A DNA stretch of 64,000 nucleotides, from the NCBI GenBank assembly GCA_963665295.1, contig OY762209.1, positions 896,001 to 960,000 of the forward strand, given 5' to 3'. Below the pieces are notes generated by a model. That model saw only the letters and a list, made by a program, of their open reading frames with translations, searched no databases and was not told the origin of the DNA. Numbering within the stretch: position 1 is the stretch's first letter; each line of letters starts with the position of its first letter. Source of the stretch: Syntrophorhabdaceae bacterium (GTDB taxonomy: Bacteria; Desulfobacterota; Syntrophorhabdia; Syntrophorhabdales; Syntrophorhabdaceae). Both the position numbers and the translations under genes were made by a program. Positions 30,760 through 40,392 of this stretch are shown piece by piece.

Positions 30760-31686
30760 ATGAAACGATCCGCCCTGGTTATACGCCTTTCCCTTCTTGC
30801 CCTGTTCCTCTTTTGCGCTCCCGTCACATGGGGGGCCGAAACATCCGCGCCGCCCCCGGCGGCAACGGACCAGGCCCCGGCAACGCAGACGGTTCGCGTG
30901 GGCGACATCGATGTGAGCTACAGGGTCGTGGGCTCCGGGTTCCCCATTGTACTCATTCCCGGATACAGCGCGACCATGGATATGTGGGATCCCCTCATGA
31001 TAAAGAGGCTTTCATCCCGTTTCAAGGTCATTCTCTTCGACAACCGGGGGATAGGTCGGACGACCTCTTCGACCAAGCCCTTCACCATAGAACTTTTCGC
31101 GGAAGACACGCGGGGCCTCATGGATGCCCTCAAGATACGGAAGGCCCACATCCTCGGCTGGTCCATGGGCACCTTCATCGCCACGGAGATGGCCCTGAGA
31201 TACCCGGACCGGGTGGAAAAACTGGTCCTCTACGCAGGCAACTGCGCATGGTCGGGCAACGGAACGGTAAAGCCCCGCCCCGAGGTCTCGAAGGACCTCA
31301 TGGACCTTTCAGGTACCCCGGAAGAGAGGTCGAAGCGCCTCATAAGCATACTCTTTCCGGAAAAATGGCTCCTCGATCATCCCGATTTCCTGAAGAGTCT
31401 CCCGGGACCCGCGATTCCCGTGTCACGTGAGACCAGTGAAGCACAAGGCCGGGCCATAGACGCGTGGACCGGGACCTGCGGCAGGCTCGCAAGCCTCGCA
31501 AAGCCCACCCTTGTCATAACAGGGACGGAAGACGTGATCATCCCTCCGGCGAACTCCCTTCGGATGGCCTCGAAGATCCCCGGGTCCTGGCTGATAAGGA
31601 TACCCGGCGGCCACGCCAACATGTATCAGTTCCCCGGCACTTTCAGCCAATGCCTCCTTACCTTCCTCGAGGCGGAGCAGGAGTAG
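30760..31686 (+). CDS. Secreted alpha/beta hydrolase
   Basis: Signal peptide, DNRGIG, GWSMG and GGH motifs. Confidence 0.9.
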   Translation: MKRSALVIRLSLLALFLFCAPVTWGAETSAPPPAATDQAPATQTVRVGDIDVSYRVVGSGFPIVLIPGYSATMDMWDPLMIKRLSSRFKVILFDNRGIGRTTSSTKPFTIELFAEDTRGLMDALKIRKAHILGWSMGTFIATEMALRYPDRVEKLVLYAGNCAWSGNGTVKPRPEVSKDLMDLSGTPEERSKRLISILFPEKWLLDHPDFLKSLPGPAIPVSRETSEAQGRAIDAWTGTCGRLASLAKPTLVITGTEDVIIPPANSLRMASKIPGSWLIRIPGGHANMYQFPGTFSQCLLTFLEAEQE

Positions 31687-31768
31687 AACGGGGCTTCCCC
31701 ATCCGGCGGGCGGCGCGAGGGGGATAGGCCGGCGTCCATTACCGGCCGCGGGCCATACGCAAGGAGCC

Positions 31769-33799
31769 TCACTTCCCGCTCTGCTTTGCCGTATGGGTCT
31801 TCTTCTTCCCGCTCTTGGTGAGGGTTACGGTAATAGTGGCCGTCTGGCTCTTTTTCAATCCGTTGGGCGCCACATCATACAGCACGGCCTGGTCGCCGGC
31901 GCCGCTTGTCGTGACAAGGGTGATCCATGGCTTGTTGGCGGCCACGGTCCACGCACAGTCCTTCGGCGATACGGTAAGATTGAAGCTGTAACCTGTTCCT
32001 CCTTCCACGGGAATCGACAGTGAACCGGGGCTGAGGGTGGTGATGACGCACGGCGCCGCCTTCTGCGTTACGCCGAGGGTCTCCCCTCCAATGGTGACGC
32101 TGCCGGTACGTTCCGAAGAGGTCGTGTTGGCGGTGACCGTCACCCGCACCGTTTTCTTGTTATTCTTCCAGGTCATGCCGTAGGCGCTGATCCACGAGGA
32201 GTCGCTCGGACTCGCGTCCGGTTCGGCGCATATTACCTTGTTTTTGCCGTCCTTCCCCGTGGCGGTGACGTTTTGAGCCCCCCATGCGGGGTTGAAGGTC
32301 TTTGTGCGGGGGCTCAAGGCATAGGTGCAGGAATGATCGTCGAAGGCGGCCGTGGCCGTTATGTCGCTATTCATGGTGACCGTGCACGCCTGTACCCCTT
32401 TGCAGCCCCCGGTCCATCCCGAAAAAACCGATCCTCTTTCAGGAACAGGTGTCATGGTCACCTTGGTGCCTTTTGCAAATTCGGCGCTACAGTCGGGACC
32501 GCAGAGGATGCCATAGGGTGATGACGTGATCGTACCCGCGCCCGCCCCCTTTTTTTCCGCGGTGAGGGTATAGGCGGCGGCCTGGCTTGTTTCTTTTAAC
32601 CATATGGCGGTATACCCGCTCGGCAGAGGTCCGTCATATACGAGCGTGTTGCCGTCCGGGGTCAGCTTCGGGTCCCTGTCGTAACCCGACGAAGTATTTG
32701 TCACGAGTCGAGTGGTCCACGCGCCTTTCTCGTACTCCGCCATCTCAAGGACCGAGGCATACATCAGGTCCCCGGTTACGAGGCCACGATGGTAGACGAG
32801 GCGGGTCCCTGTAGCGTTGACGGCAGCCGGGCCGTCGAGGTAGATGCTGGGGATCAGTACGGTGGGGTTCACCTTTTCGGGGACAGCCCATCCTTCCCCG
32901 GAACGGCGTATCACATAATGGTACTGCTCCGTCTCCGTGCTGCCCTCCACCTTGGTTATGCGATAGAAGACGGCCGAGCCGTCAGTGATAACCCGGGGAT
33001 AGTCCACAAACAAATAGTAGGTCTCGTGGTATTCCTCACCCGTGAGCCATTCCGGCGTCTTCCATGTGCCGCCCTCCTTCTCCGCATAGACGAGCCGGTA
33101 GTTCTGGGCCCATGCAAGCTTCGTGGCGTCGGCATTTATGGAGACCTGCTGCGGGCTGCCCTTGTCTGCTTCGCTCACCGCCACAGGACTCCCCCACGTC
33201 CCATTGGTGCGCGTCGACACGTACAGCGTCGACCCTCCTGAAAAGGGGTTCGGGTAATCCGTATAGGCAAGGGTATTGCCGTCTTCGCTGATGCTCATCC
33301 AATAATGGTGGTTTTCGAAACCCGTGGGCAACACATACGGGGCGCCCCACTCGCCGGAAGTTCTGTCGATCAGGTATATCTCGTTCTTGCCGGTCCCGGC
33401 GGTGTAGCCAAGGTAGGCGATAACATTGCCGTTGCCGCTTAGCACCGGGTGCGTGTACCGCGGCATCCAGATAAAGTTCCCCGTGTCGTTGATGCCGTTA
33501 TCCGCAAGGACCTTTGGGGTCCCCCATTTGCCCGCCGAATACTCGACGATCTTGATCTCCTTCTGAGTGTCGGTACTCCCCGCCTGATCGTTGAGATAGA
33601 GCACCGTGGCTCCATCCGCCGATACACTGGGCCGCATGGCGTAACCTGGATTGTCCGGAATCAGATTGATTGCGGCGCCCCACACGACGGCCCTGTCCCG
33701 GGACCGCTCCAGGGGGCCCTGAGCCCACGCCGTGGAGATGCCGAGAAAGATACATACAACACATAAACAAAAGCCCGTAAACGTATTTCTTATCGCCAT
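31769..33799 (-). CDS. Secreted protein: beta-propeller-like N-terminus, divergent InlB-like repeat, two BACON-like domains
   Basis: AWA signal, PSVSADG-type repeats, GSVFSGWTGGC.G, C.WT......WI. Confidence 0.75.
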   Translation of the reverse strand: MAIRNTFTGFCLCVVCIFLGISTAWAQGPLERSRDRAVVWGAAINLIPDNPGYAMRPSVSADGATVLYLNDQAGSTDTQKEIKIVEYSAGKWGTPKVLADNGINDTGNFIWMPRYTHPVLSGNGNVIAYLGYTAGTGKNEIYLIDRTSGEWGAPYVLPTGFENHHYWMSISEDGNTLAYTDYPNPFSGGSTLYVSTRTNGTWGSPVAVSEADKGSPQQVSINADATKLAWAQNYRLVYAEKEGGTWKTPEWLTGEEYHETYYLFVDYPRVITDGSAVFYRITKVEGSTETEQYHYVIRRSGEGWAVPEKVNPTVLIPSIYLDGPAAVNATGTRLVYHRGLVTGDLMYASVLEMAEYEKGAWTTRLVTNTSSGYDRDPKLTPDGNTLVYDGPLPSGYTAIWLKETSQAAAYTLTAEKKGAGAGTITSSPYGILCGPDCSAEFAKGTKVTMTPVPERGSVFSGWTGGCKGVQACTVTMNSDITATAAFDDHSCTYALSPRTKTFNPAWGAQNVTATGKDGKNKVICAEPDASPSDSSWISAYGMTWKNNKKTVRVTVTANTTSSERTGSVTIGGETLGVTQKAAPCVITTLSPGSLSIPVEGGTGYSFNLTVSPKDCAWTVAANKPWITLVTTSGAGDQAVLYDVAPNGLKKSQTATITVTLTKSGKKKTHTAKQSGK

Positions 33800-34039
33800 A
33801 AAGTCCCCCCGAATATTGTTGTGATCAGCCTAGCCCGGCTTCACGTATTCTATCAGGCCCTCCGGCATACTTCAAGAACTATGGAGTGCAAAATGCCGGG
33901 CTGCAAAAAGGTGAAAAACCCGTTCCCACCCGACAGGGCAACCATACCCCGGGGATGGGGGTCCTCCGTCCGGGACAGGGGAAGATCGATCGCGCACCCC
34001 TGTCGGGGAGTGGGAGGCGTCCGTGGCCTTGCTTATAAG

Positions 34040-34079
34040 AAACCACCCGCCTGACCATCCAGGATCAGGCGGGTGGTTT
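34040..34079. terminator. Perfect 15-bp hairpin, likely terminator
   Basis: AAACCACCCGCCTGA / TCAGGCGGGTGGTTT downstream of the 34120 gene. Confidence 0.75.
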
Positions 34080-34119
34080 TCATCTGCGTCGGAATAAAGG
34101 CCGGTCTATTCCCCTGCCC

Positions 34120-35745
34120 TCATTTCTTATTCACCTTTACCGAATGGGTCTTCGTCTTTCCGTTCGCCGTAAGGGTAACGGTGATTTTGCCCGACAGCGT
34201 CTTCCCTGTCCCGTTGGGATCCACGACATAACCCACTACTGCGCTGCCGCTACCGGAAGCCTCGGGGGTAATCCACGGGACGCTGGAAGCAGCAGTCCAT
34301 TCGCAATCCTGGGCCGACAAAGTCATGGCAAAGTCACCCTCACCCCCGCCGACAGGGAAGGTACGCGAGGAAGGCGTAAGTTTGGTTATGCTGCAGGCAA
34401 CCGCCGCCTGATCGATGGTGAGCACCGCATCGCCTCCCGCAAACGTGACGGTGCCGGAACGCGGGAAGGAGGTAGCGCTTTTGCCCACGGTAACCTTGAC
34501 CGTGCCCTTATTCTTCTTCCAGCCTGCCGATGTAAGGACCGGAGATATCCACGACGGTTCACTCGAAACAAATTCCGGGACAGGACATGTGGTTGCGCCG
34601 AAGCCCTTGACCGTGACGCTTACGCTCCCTCCATTGGCCGAAAATTTCTTCGCAGACGTGCTTATGGTGTAACTGCAGGGATCCGCCGCCGCCTCCAGGT
34701 TTACGATGCTTACGCTCTGAAGGCCCATTCCTGAATAACTGCCGCCCCAGGGCATGGTGTGGTTGCTGTTGTCCCATGTATCATGGAGGTAGACCGTGTT
34801 GGTGGAAGAATCGTAGCCCACCCCGACTATGGTATGGCCTGCGAGGTTAAGCATTACGGGGCGGCCCGCATTGATTTCCGCCATGTACTGGGCAAAGGAA
34901 AACCCTCCCGCAAGCATATTGTCGGTCTTCTGGTTGTAACAATCAGTTACCGTGTACCCCCTGGCTTCGTAAAAAAGTTTCCTTCCATAGGTCCCATCCA
35001 GGGTATCTATGCTATACCCCACCATGTCGGCGCACGCAAGGGGTGAAGCGCTGCTTGTATAGGTGTAGAAGCTGGTGGAGCCATCGGTGTTGCCATAGGC
35101 GGACTGGCTGGTCTTCATGTAATCCCCGACCGCACTCCCCCACGCATGTTGCGCCCAGGATCCCGAGATATAGGGGTCGGGGTTCGCATTTTCGTATACG
35201 ATCCAGTAGTCGTCGATGGAGCCCTTCGTGCTCCTGCCGTCCAATCCCTTATGGGAGGCGATTAACGGATTATTGGGATAGGTATCCGTGCCGTCCGACC
35301 AGGTCCCCCAGGAGGCGTCCTCTTTGAGGGGAATCATACCGCCGCCGGTGGGACCCGTGTACATATCAGGAAATCCGTTCCGGTCATAGTATCCCGCGAT
35401 CATTGAGCCGGAAACCGCCGAGCAGCCAAAAACCCATTTGTATGCAGGGGCGGTGAGGGTATTGGTTCCCGTTTTCGGGCTGGGTTCGGGCATCGAAACC
35501 TCTGCGCGCTCAAGTTCATAGCCGGGTGGTGGTACGGGCGGACCGCTGATTACGTTCCTGTCAATCGCTTTTCCATCATCGTACGTGGTGGTTTGGGTCC
35601 CGTAATATTCATTGATCCGCTGCAAGGCCCCTTCTGCAACTGCGGTCTTGGTCACGGTGGTTTGCGCGAAAGCAGTAAAAGCAAAAAGAACACCAATTAC
35701 CGACACAATAACCGGTAAAGCCAATCCCCTTCTGAGTTTCTTCAT
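34120..35745 (-). CDS. Secreted papain-fold (C39/C10-like) cysteine peptidase with two BACON-like domains
   Basis: AFA signal. WVFGCSAVS (Cys), GHTIVGVGYD (His), LHDTW (Asp). Confidence 0.75.
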   Translation of the reverse strand: MKKLRRGLALPVIVSVIGVLFAFTAFAQTTVTKTAVAEGALQRINEYYGTQTTTYDDGKAIDRNVISGPPVPPPGYELERAEVSMPEPSPKTGTNTLTAPAYKWVFGCSAVSGSMIAGYYDRNGFPDMYTGPTGGGMIPLKEDASWGTWSDGTDTYPNNPLIASHKGLDGRSTKGSIDDYWIVYENANPDPYISGSWAQHAWGSAVGDYMKTSQSAYGNTDGSTSFYTYTSSASPLACADMVGYSIDTLDGTYGRKLFYEARGYTVTDCYNQKTDNMLAGGFSFAQYMAEINAGRPVMLNLAGHTIVGVGYDSSTNTVYLHDTWDNSNHTMPWGGSYSGMGLQSVSIVNLEAAADPCSYTISTSAKKFSANGGSVSVTVKGFGATTCPVPEFVSSEPSWISPVLTSAGWKKNKGTVKVTVGKSATSFPRSGTVTFAGGDAVLTIDQAAVACSITKLTPSSRTFPVGGGEGDFAMTLSAQDCEWTAASSVPWITPEASGSGSAVVGYVVDPNGTGKTLSGKITVTLTANGKTKTHSVKVNKK

Positions 35746-35912
35746 ATTAATACCTCCTCTTTCGATAATCTTGGGACGACGTGCCGAATGACCCCCCTCG
35801 TGTGGATAGTTCAAGATTATCAGGATACGCAGGGTCATGTCAAGTCATGGTCGTATGGATCAAGGCCGGTCCTCAATCCAGCACCGTCATGAGCGCCATA
35901 TCCCCTGTATTC

Positions 35913-36016
35913 GGGACGCGAGAGACATGGACAAGGGAATTTCGATTATGAAAAGGCGTAGAACAATGGAGCGGGGTTTTCGGGATATCTTCGGGTCGCT
36001 TCTTTTCACAGTCTAT
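35913..36016 (+). repeat. Diverged copy of the about 105-bp sequence at 37654-37756
   Basis: Shares ATGGACAAGG...GAAC.ATGG.GCGGGGTTTTCGGG.TATCTTCGG.TCG.TTCTTTT. Confidence 0.75.
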
Positions 36017-36173
36017 CGCACAAGCGAACCGTGCCCATCTTTCCCGCTGTTTTCTCTATGCGGGTAATTACGCAACGCCATGCTGGTCCGGGACATAAGA
36101 CCATCCGAGCCTCGCTCACCCCATGCCGTCTGCGATGTGGAATGTGAGCATCAAGACTTGCAGAAGCGGTTTA

Positions 36174-36205
36174 AGTCTCCCGCCCCCGGCCGGGGGCGGG
36201 AGACT
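36174..36205. terminator. Perfect GC-rich palindrome at the end of the MBL gene
   Basis: AGTCTCCCGCCCCCGGCCGGGGGCGGGAGACT. Confidence 0.65.
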
Positions 36206-36209
36206 CGTT

Positions 36210-37487
36210 TTACGCCGGAGGATCATAGACACCCGATGGGATACAGTGGTCCAGAAGGATTGTCTGGTCAAGCTGGTAGGTCGGGGTTGGATACTCGGCG
36301 GGCCATAACGCCGCCTGCATGGTCCCGGGCGCCAGCCATGCGTAGCTGTCAACGCCCACCTTGTGCTGCGTAATCCGGTTCGGGGAGACGATCAGGGACA
36401 GCATATCCGTAGCAAAAACCACGGGGCCCTTGTACCAGCTGCGAATATCCTTAAGCGCCGGGCCTTTTGTGTCGGAATTGACCTGGAAATGAGTAACCAC
36501 GGCCAGCCGGGGATTGGTCTGTTTCATAATGTAGCCGAACGCCTTTTGTGGAGTATGAGAACTGTCCTGTATATTCTGGGCTACTTGCACGGCCGCATCA
36601 TAACCAGGCTGTCCCGGCTTGAGTCCTGTGTTCTTTTCCGCCCAGGTCTCAGGCGGCACGACCATCTCGTGGATGAGGACATCGACCCCCTGTCCGTGTT
36701 CGATTACATAGTCATTCGGCTTCGTATCACCGGTAAAGATCATGGACATGCCATTATAGATGAGCTTGTAACTTATGGAGCCGTTCCTGTCGTGGGCTGC
36801 GGGGAAATAGGTAATCGTCACTCCATTCGCGTTATAGATGGGCGGAGCGTTATCCTGTGTCCAGTCGCACTCCGTTATCTCCAGGTCATAGCCGTTATTG
36901 CCGGAACCTCTTGGCCCCAGGCCGGTCTGCAGGAAGCTGAAGGCTTCCACATGCCACGTCGCAAATGCCTGGAATGCGTTGAAGAAAGCCAAGGTCCCGT
37001 CGTCGGGGTTCTCGCCCGTTGTGGGATTGGTAATATTGGAGCGAGTGGGTCCCCAGACCTTGAGGGCCGATTTCCGGTCCCCTGAAGGTCCGAAACAATA
37101 CGCGTGGATGAGATCGGATGTATGATCGCCGTGCAGATGGGTAAGGAATATTTTATCCATTCTTGAATACGGAATGCCCATGGCATTATATTTGGCCACC
37201 ACACCCGAACCGCAATCAAACACAAACTGATCGCCGCTGCCCACTTCGACGAATACGCTGTTACATTCCTGAGCGGTACGGGGAATGCACGAAGTCCCAA
37301 GGAATGTGATCCTCATCTCATTTGTCTGAAGGGCCCTCCGATGAGGAAAGCTCGCTCTTCCCGTCGCAGCCGCATCCGCCGACTCCGAAGCGTGTGACGG
37401 GCGCGATGTCAACCCCCCAAGGCCCAACGCTCCAAGGACCATCGCGGGAAACTTCAATATATTTCTTCGTGTTATGCCGATTCCCAT
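36210..37487 (-). CDS. Tat-exported MBL-fold (RNase Z/AtsA-like) metallohydrolase
   Basis: TRRNILK Tat motif. FLGT, THLHGDH, FTGDT and SSHT motifs. Confidence 0.85.
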   Translation of the reverse strand: MGIGITRRNILKFPAMVLGALGLGGLTSRPSHASESADAAATGRASFPHRRALQTNEMRITFLGTSCIPRTAQECNSVFVEVGSGDQFVFDCGSGVVAKYNAMGIPYSRMDKIFLTHLHGDHTSDLIHAYCFGPSGDRKSALKVWGPTRSNITNPTTGENPDDGTLAFFNAFQAFATWHVEAFSFLQTGLGPRGSGNNGYDLEITECDWTQDNAPPIYNANGVTITYFPAAHDRNGSISYKLIYNGMSMIFTGDTKPNDYVIEHGQGVDVLIHEMVVPPETWAEKNTGLKPGQPGYDAAVQVAQNIQDSSHTPQKAFGYIMKQTNPRLAVVTHFQVNSDTKGPALKDIRSWYKGPVVFATDMLSLIVSPNRITQHKVGVDSYAWLAPGTMQAALWPAEYPTPTYQLDQTILLDHCIPSGVYDPPA

Positions 37488-37759
37488 GTTCTTTTAACCC
37501 CCTGTCGAGTTTGTGAATCCGGCCTTCTTTGTACGCCTGACTCTTTGACTTTGAATTCTAATGGGATGCAAAACGATTGTCAAGCAGAAGTCGGGGGTAG
37601 GCGGTTGCTATTAAAGGCAAAGATTGTGTGACGGGCGAACCGGATGCGGAATCGGGGGCGGGGATATGGACAAGGCGACGGTGATGACGACAAAAGCGGG
37701 GAACCATGGTGCGGGGTTTTCGGGGTATCTTCGGATCGTTTCTTTTGCCGTTTTATGGC

Positions 37760-37788
37760 AAAAAAGAGCGTCCCCAGGGGGATTCGAA
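37760..37788 (-). repeat. Displaced tRNA-Glu 3' end, att copy 2
   Basis: AAAAAAGAGCGTCCCCAGGGGGATTCGAA equals 46420-46449 minus one A. Confidence 0.9.
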
Positions 37789-37884
37789 TGGCCGTTGGCC
37801 CTTGATGGGTAGTGGTTTATGAGCAGTGTCCGTCCCGGGTTCGTTTTGAATATTTTGGTCCTGGCCCGGTCCGACCCGGTGGTC

Positions 37885-39381
37885 CTACTTGCTCTGCTTT
37901 ACGGCAAAGGTCTTCGTCTTCTTGCCCATGGTGATGATGATCTTCCCGCTCCTTGCCGCCTTATGGTCGCTGTTGGCGGAGACAGTGTAGCCCACGTCTG
38001 CGGTCCCCGTGCCCGGGCTTCCGGAGGTGACCGTGACCCACGTGGATTTTTTGTCCGCCGCCGCGGTCCATGCACAGTCGGCAGGGACGGCTTTTACCGT
38101 GAAGACGTCCGAGTGCTCGCCTGAGTCGAAGTTCGGCGACGAGTTGGCGCTGAGGCTCATGGCGCAGTCCCGACCTTTCTGGGTAAGGATGAAGGCTTCT
38201 TCCCCGATGGTTACCGTGCCCGACCTCGCCACCGAGCTTTCATAGAGGGGGATGGTGAGGATGACCGTCCCTTTGGTCTTGCTGAAGGTGTTGCTGCTGA
38301 TGGTAATCCACTCACTGTCCGCCGACACGTCGGGCGCGGGGCAGTACGTCGAGCCTTTTGCCGTGATCGCGATACTTACGACCCCTCCCTTGCAGGTGAC
38401 GCTCTTGGTTTTGGGAGAGGGAGCATAGGTGCAGGGGACACCGGAAAAGCCCGCACCCACTGTGGTGTCCGCCTTCATTGTCACGGAGCAGGCGCCCGTG
38501 CCTTTGCAGCCTCCCGACCAGGAGGTGAAGCTCGATCCCTTATCCGGCCTGGGGGTGAGGGTAACCTTCGTGTTCTTCGTGTAGCTTGCCCGGCAGGTGG
38601 AGCCGCAGTTGACGCCTGCAGGGGATGAGGTGATCGTGCCTGTGCCGTTGCCGCTTACGGCAACGATCAGGCCCGCGCCCCCGTCATAGCGGATATCCCG
38701 GAAGTTCGTCGCGGTGATGTTCGTGCCCCCGGAACCGTCCTGTCGGATGATTGCGCCGTTGCCGTCACGGAGCGTGTAGCTCTGGCCGTTCTTGTTCACC
38801 ACGAGCTGGTTCGTCCCCGCGCCGCCATCGAGGGAGGCCGTGTCATCTCCGGCGGAGACGTTATAAGTAACCGTGTCATTCCCTGCGCCTCCTTCGACGC
38901 GGATGAAATCGTTCCCATCGCCGCCATTTGCCGTGATCGTGTCGTTCCCGGCGCCGCCGTCCACAATTATCTGATCATTCCCGGCGCCTCCCACTGCCGT
39001 GATTGTGTCATTCCCCGCGCCTCCCGCGAGCGTGATGAAGTCGTCACCCTCGTCGCCGAAGGCAGCCATCCCATTCTTCCCGTCGCCGCCGAACTGGAAT
39101 ATCTGGTCGTCCCCCGCGCCGCCCGACGCGGTAATGGAGTTGTCCCCCGCGCCGCCGTCCTGGTAAATGTAATCGTTCCCTTCGAGGCCCGACGCGTCCT
39201 GGGTGTCATTCCCGCCGAGTCCGAGCTGGAGGATCACGTCGTCTCCCGCTGTTCCCGTGAAGGTCTGGGTATCCGCGCCCTCCGTGCCTGTCTGGATCGT
39301 CGGCTCGCCGAAGACCGGGGTGACGGCAAAGAGCATCGCGGCCCCGATTATGGCGCCAAGGATGGTCCGTTGTCTCTGCAT
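37885..39381 (-). CDS. Secreted RTX-like Ca-binding repeat protein with InlB-like and two BACON-like domains
   Basis: Signal peptide, many GGxGxD repeats, and a C-terminal module like those of 31769 and 34120. Confidence 0.8.
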   Translation of the reverse strand: MQRQRTILGAIIGAAMLFAVTPVFGEPTIQTGTEGADTQTFTGTAGDDVILQLGLGGNDTQDASGLEGNDYIYQDGGAGDNSITASGGAGDDQIFQFGGDGKNGMAAFGDEGDDFITLAGGAGNDTITAVGGAGNDQIIVDGGAGNDTITANGGDGNDFIRVEGGAGNDTVTYNVSAGDDTASLDGGAGTNQLVVNKNGQSYTLRDGNGAIIRQDGSGGTNITATNFRDIRYDGGAGLIVAVSGNGTGTITSSPAGVNCGSTCRASYTKNTKVTLTPRPDKGSSFTSWSGGCKGTGACSVTMKADTTVGAGFSGVPCTYAPSPKTKSVTCKGGVVSIAITAKGSTYCPAPDVSADSEWITISSNTFSKTKGTVILTIPLYESSVARSGTVTIGEEAFILTQKGRDCAMSLSANSSPNFDSGEHSDVFTVKAVPADCAWTAAADKKSTWVTVTSGSPGTGTADVGYTVSANSDHKAARSGKIIITMGKKTKTFAVKQSK

Positions 39382-39453
39382 GGTTCTCCTCCCCTTAATG
39401 TTCTCAAGGCTGCGGCGAGACGGTGATGCAGGCGCCGTCCGCGAAGCAAACCC

Positions 39454-39594
39454 CTATGTCTTCTCACCGCCATCCTGATAGATATAATCATTCCCGTCGC
39501 CGACGGAAGCGTACAGGGTGTCGTCACCCCCGAGCCCGAACTGGAGGACCATGGCGGCCCGTATCAACATCCTATGATAGCTCTGTCCCCACAT
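39454..39594 (-). pseudogene. Truncated, internally deleted copy of the RTX-like gene (46 aa)
   Basis: Near-identical to 40131-40210 joined to 40349-40392. Confidence 0.8.
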
Positions 39595-39597
39595 GTC

Positions 39598-40389
39598 TCA
39601 GACCCCCCACACGATGCTGCACGTCACGGTCTGGTCCGAGTGTCCGAAGCAGACCGTGATCTCTTCCACATTCGTCACGGTAATAATGGCGTCCAGACCC
39701 GTCCCGGACTTGTAAAGCTCATTACCCTCGATATCCTTCACGGTAAAGTCCTTGCTTTCGCCCACGCTGACTGTAAGCACGTCATGACCTTCCCCGCCGT
39801 CGATGAACGTGACATCATCGCCTCCGGAAATGTTGTAATAGATCTTATCGTCTCCCGGACCCGCGTCGATCAGGATGTAGTCATTCCGGTATCCTCCATC
39901 CGCATGCAGCGTGTCATCCCCGTCGCCGCCTCTCATGACCATGTAATCGTCGTCATCTCCACTATACGCGGTCATTATGTCATTCCCCGGTCCCCCGTAC
40001 TGGAATATCCGGTCATTTCCCGTGCCGCCTGTGGCGGTCATTGTGTCGTTCCCCGGTCCCCCGTACTGGAATATCCGGTCGTCTCCGGCCCCGACGTTCG
40101 CGGTCACCTTATCGTCCCCAGCGCCCCCGTCCTGATAGATATAATCATTCCCGTCGCCGACGGAAGCGTACAGGGTGTCGTCACCCCCGAGCCCGAACTG
40201 GAGGACCATGTCGTCGCCGACGGTGCCCACCTGGATTTGCTCATCCGCGCCCTCCGTGCCGGTCCAGATGATCGGTGTCGGGGCGGCGGAGGTCACTTCA
40301 GGGACAAGGCCGGGCAAGGCAAAAAGCACCATGGCCGAGAGGACCATGGCGGCCCGCATCAACATCCTATGACAGCTCTGTCCCCACAT
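39598..40389 (-). CDS. Secreted RTX-like repeat protein (paralog 2)
   Basis: Hydrophobic N-terminus and GGxGxD repeats. 795-bp-period duplicate of the next gene. Confidence 0.8.
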   Translation of the reverse strand: MWGQSCHRMLMRAAMVLSAMVLFALPGLVPEVTSAAPTPIIWTGTEGADEQIQVGTVGDDMVLQFGLGGDDTLYASVGDGNDYIYQDGGAGDDKVTANVGAGDDRIFQYGGPGNDTMTATGGTGNDRIFQYGGPGNDIMTAYSGDDDDYMVMRGGDGDDTLHADGGYRNDYILIDAGPGDDKIYYNISGGDDVTFIDGGEGHDVLTVSVGESKDFTVKDIEGNELYKSGTGLDAIITVTNVEEITVCFGHSDQTVTCSIVWGV

Positions 40390-40392
40390 GTC

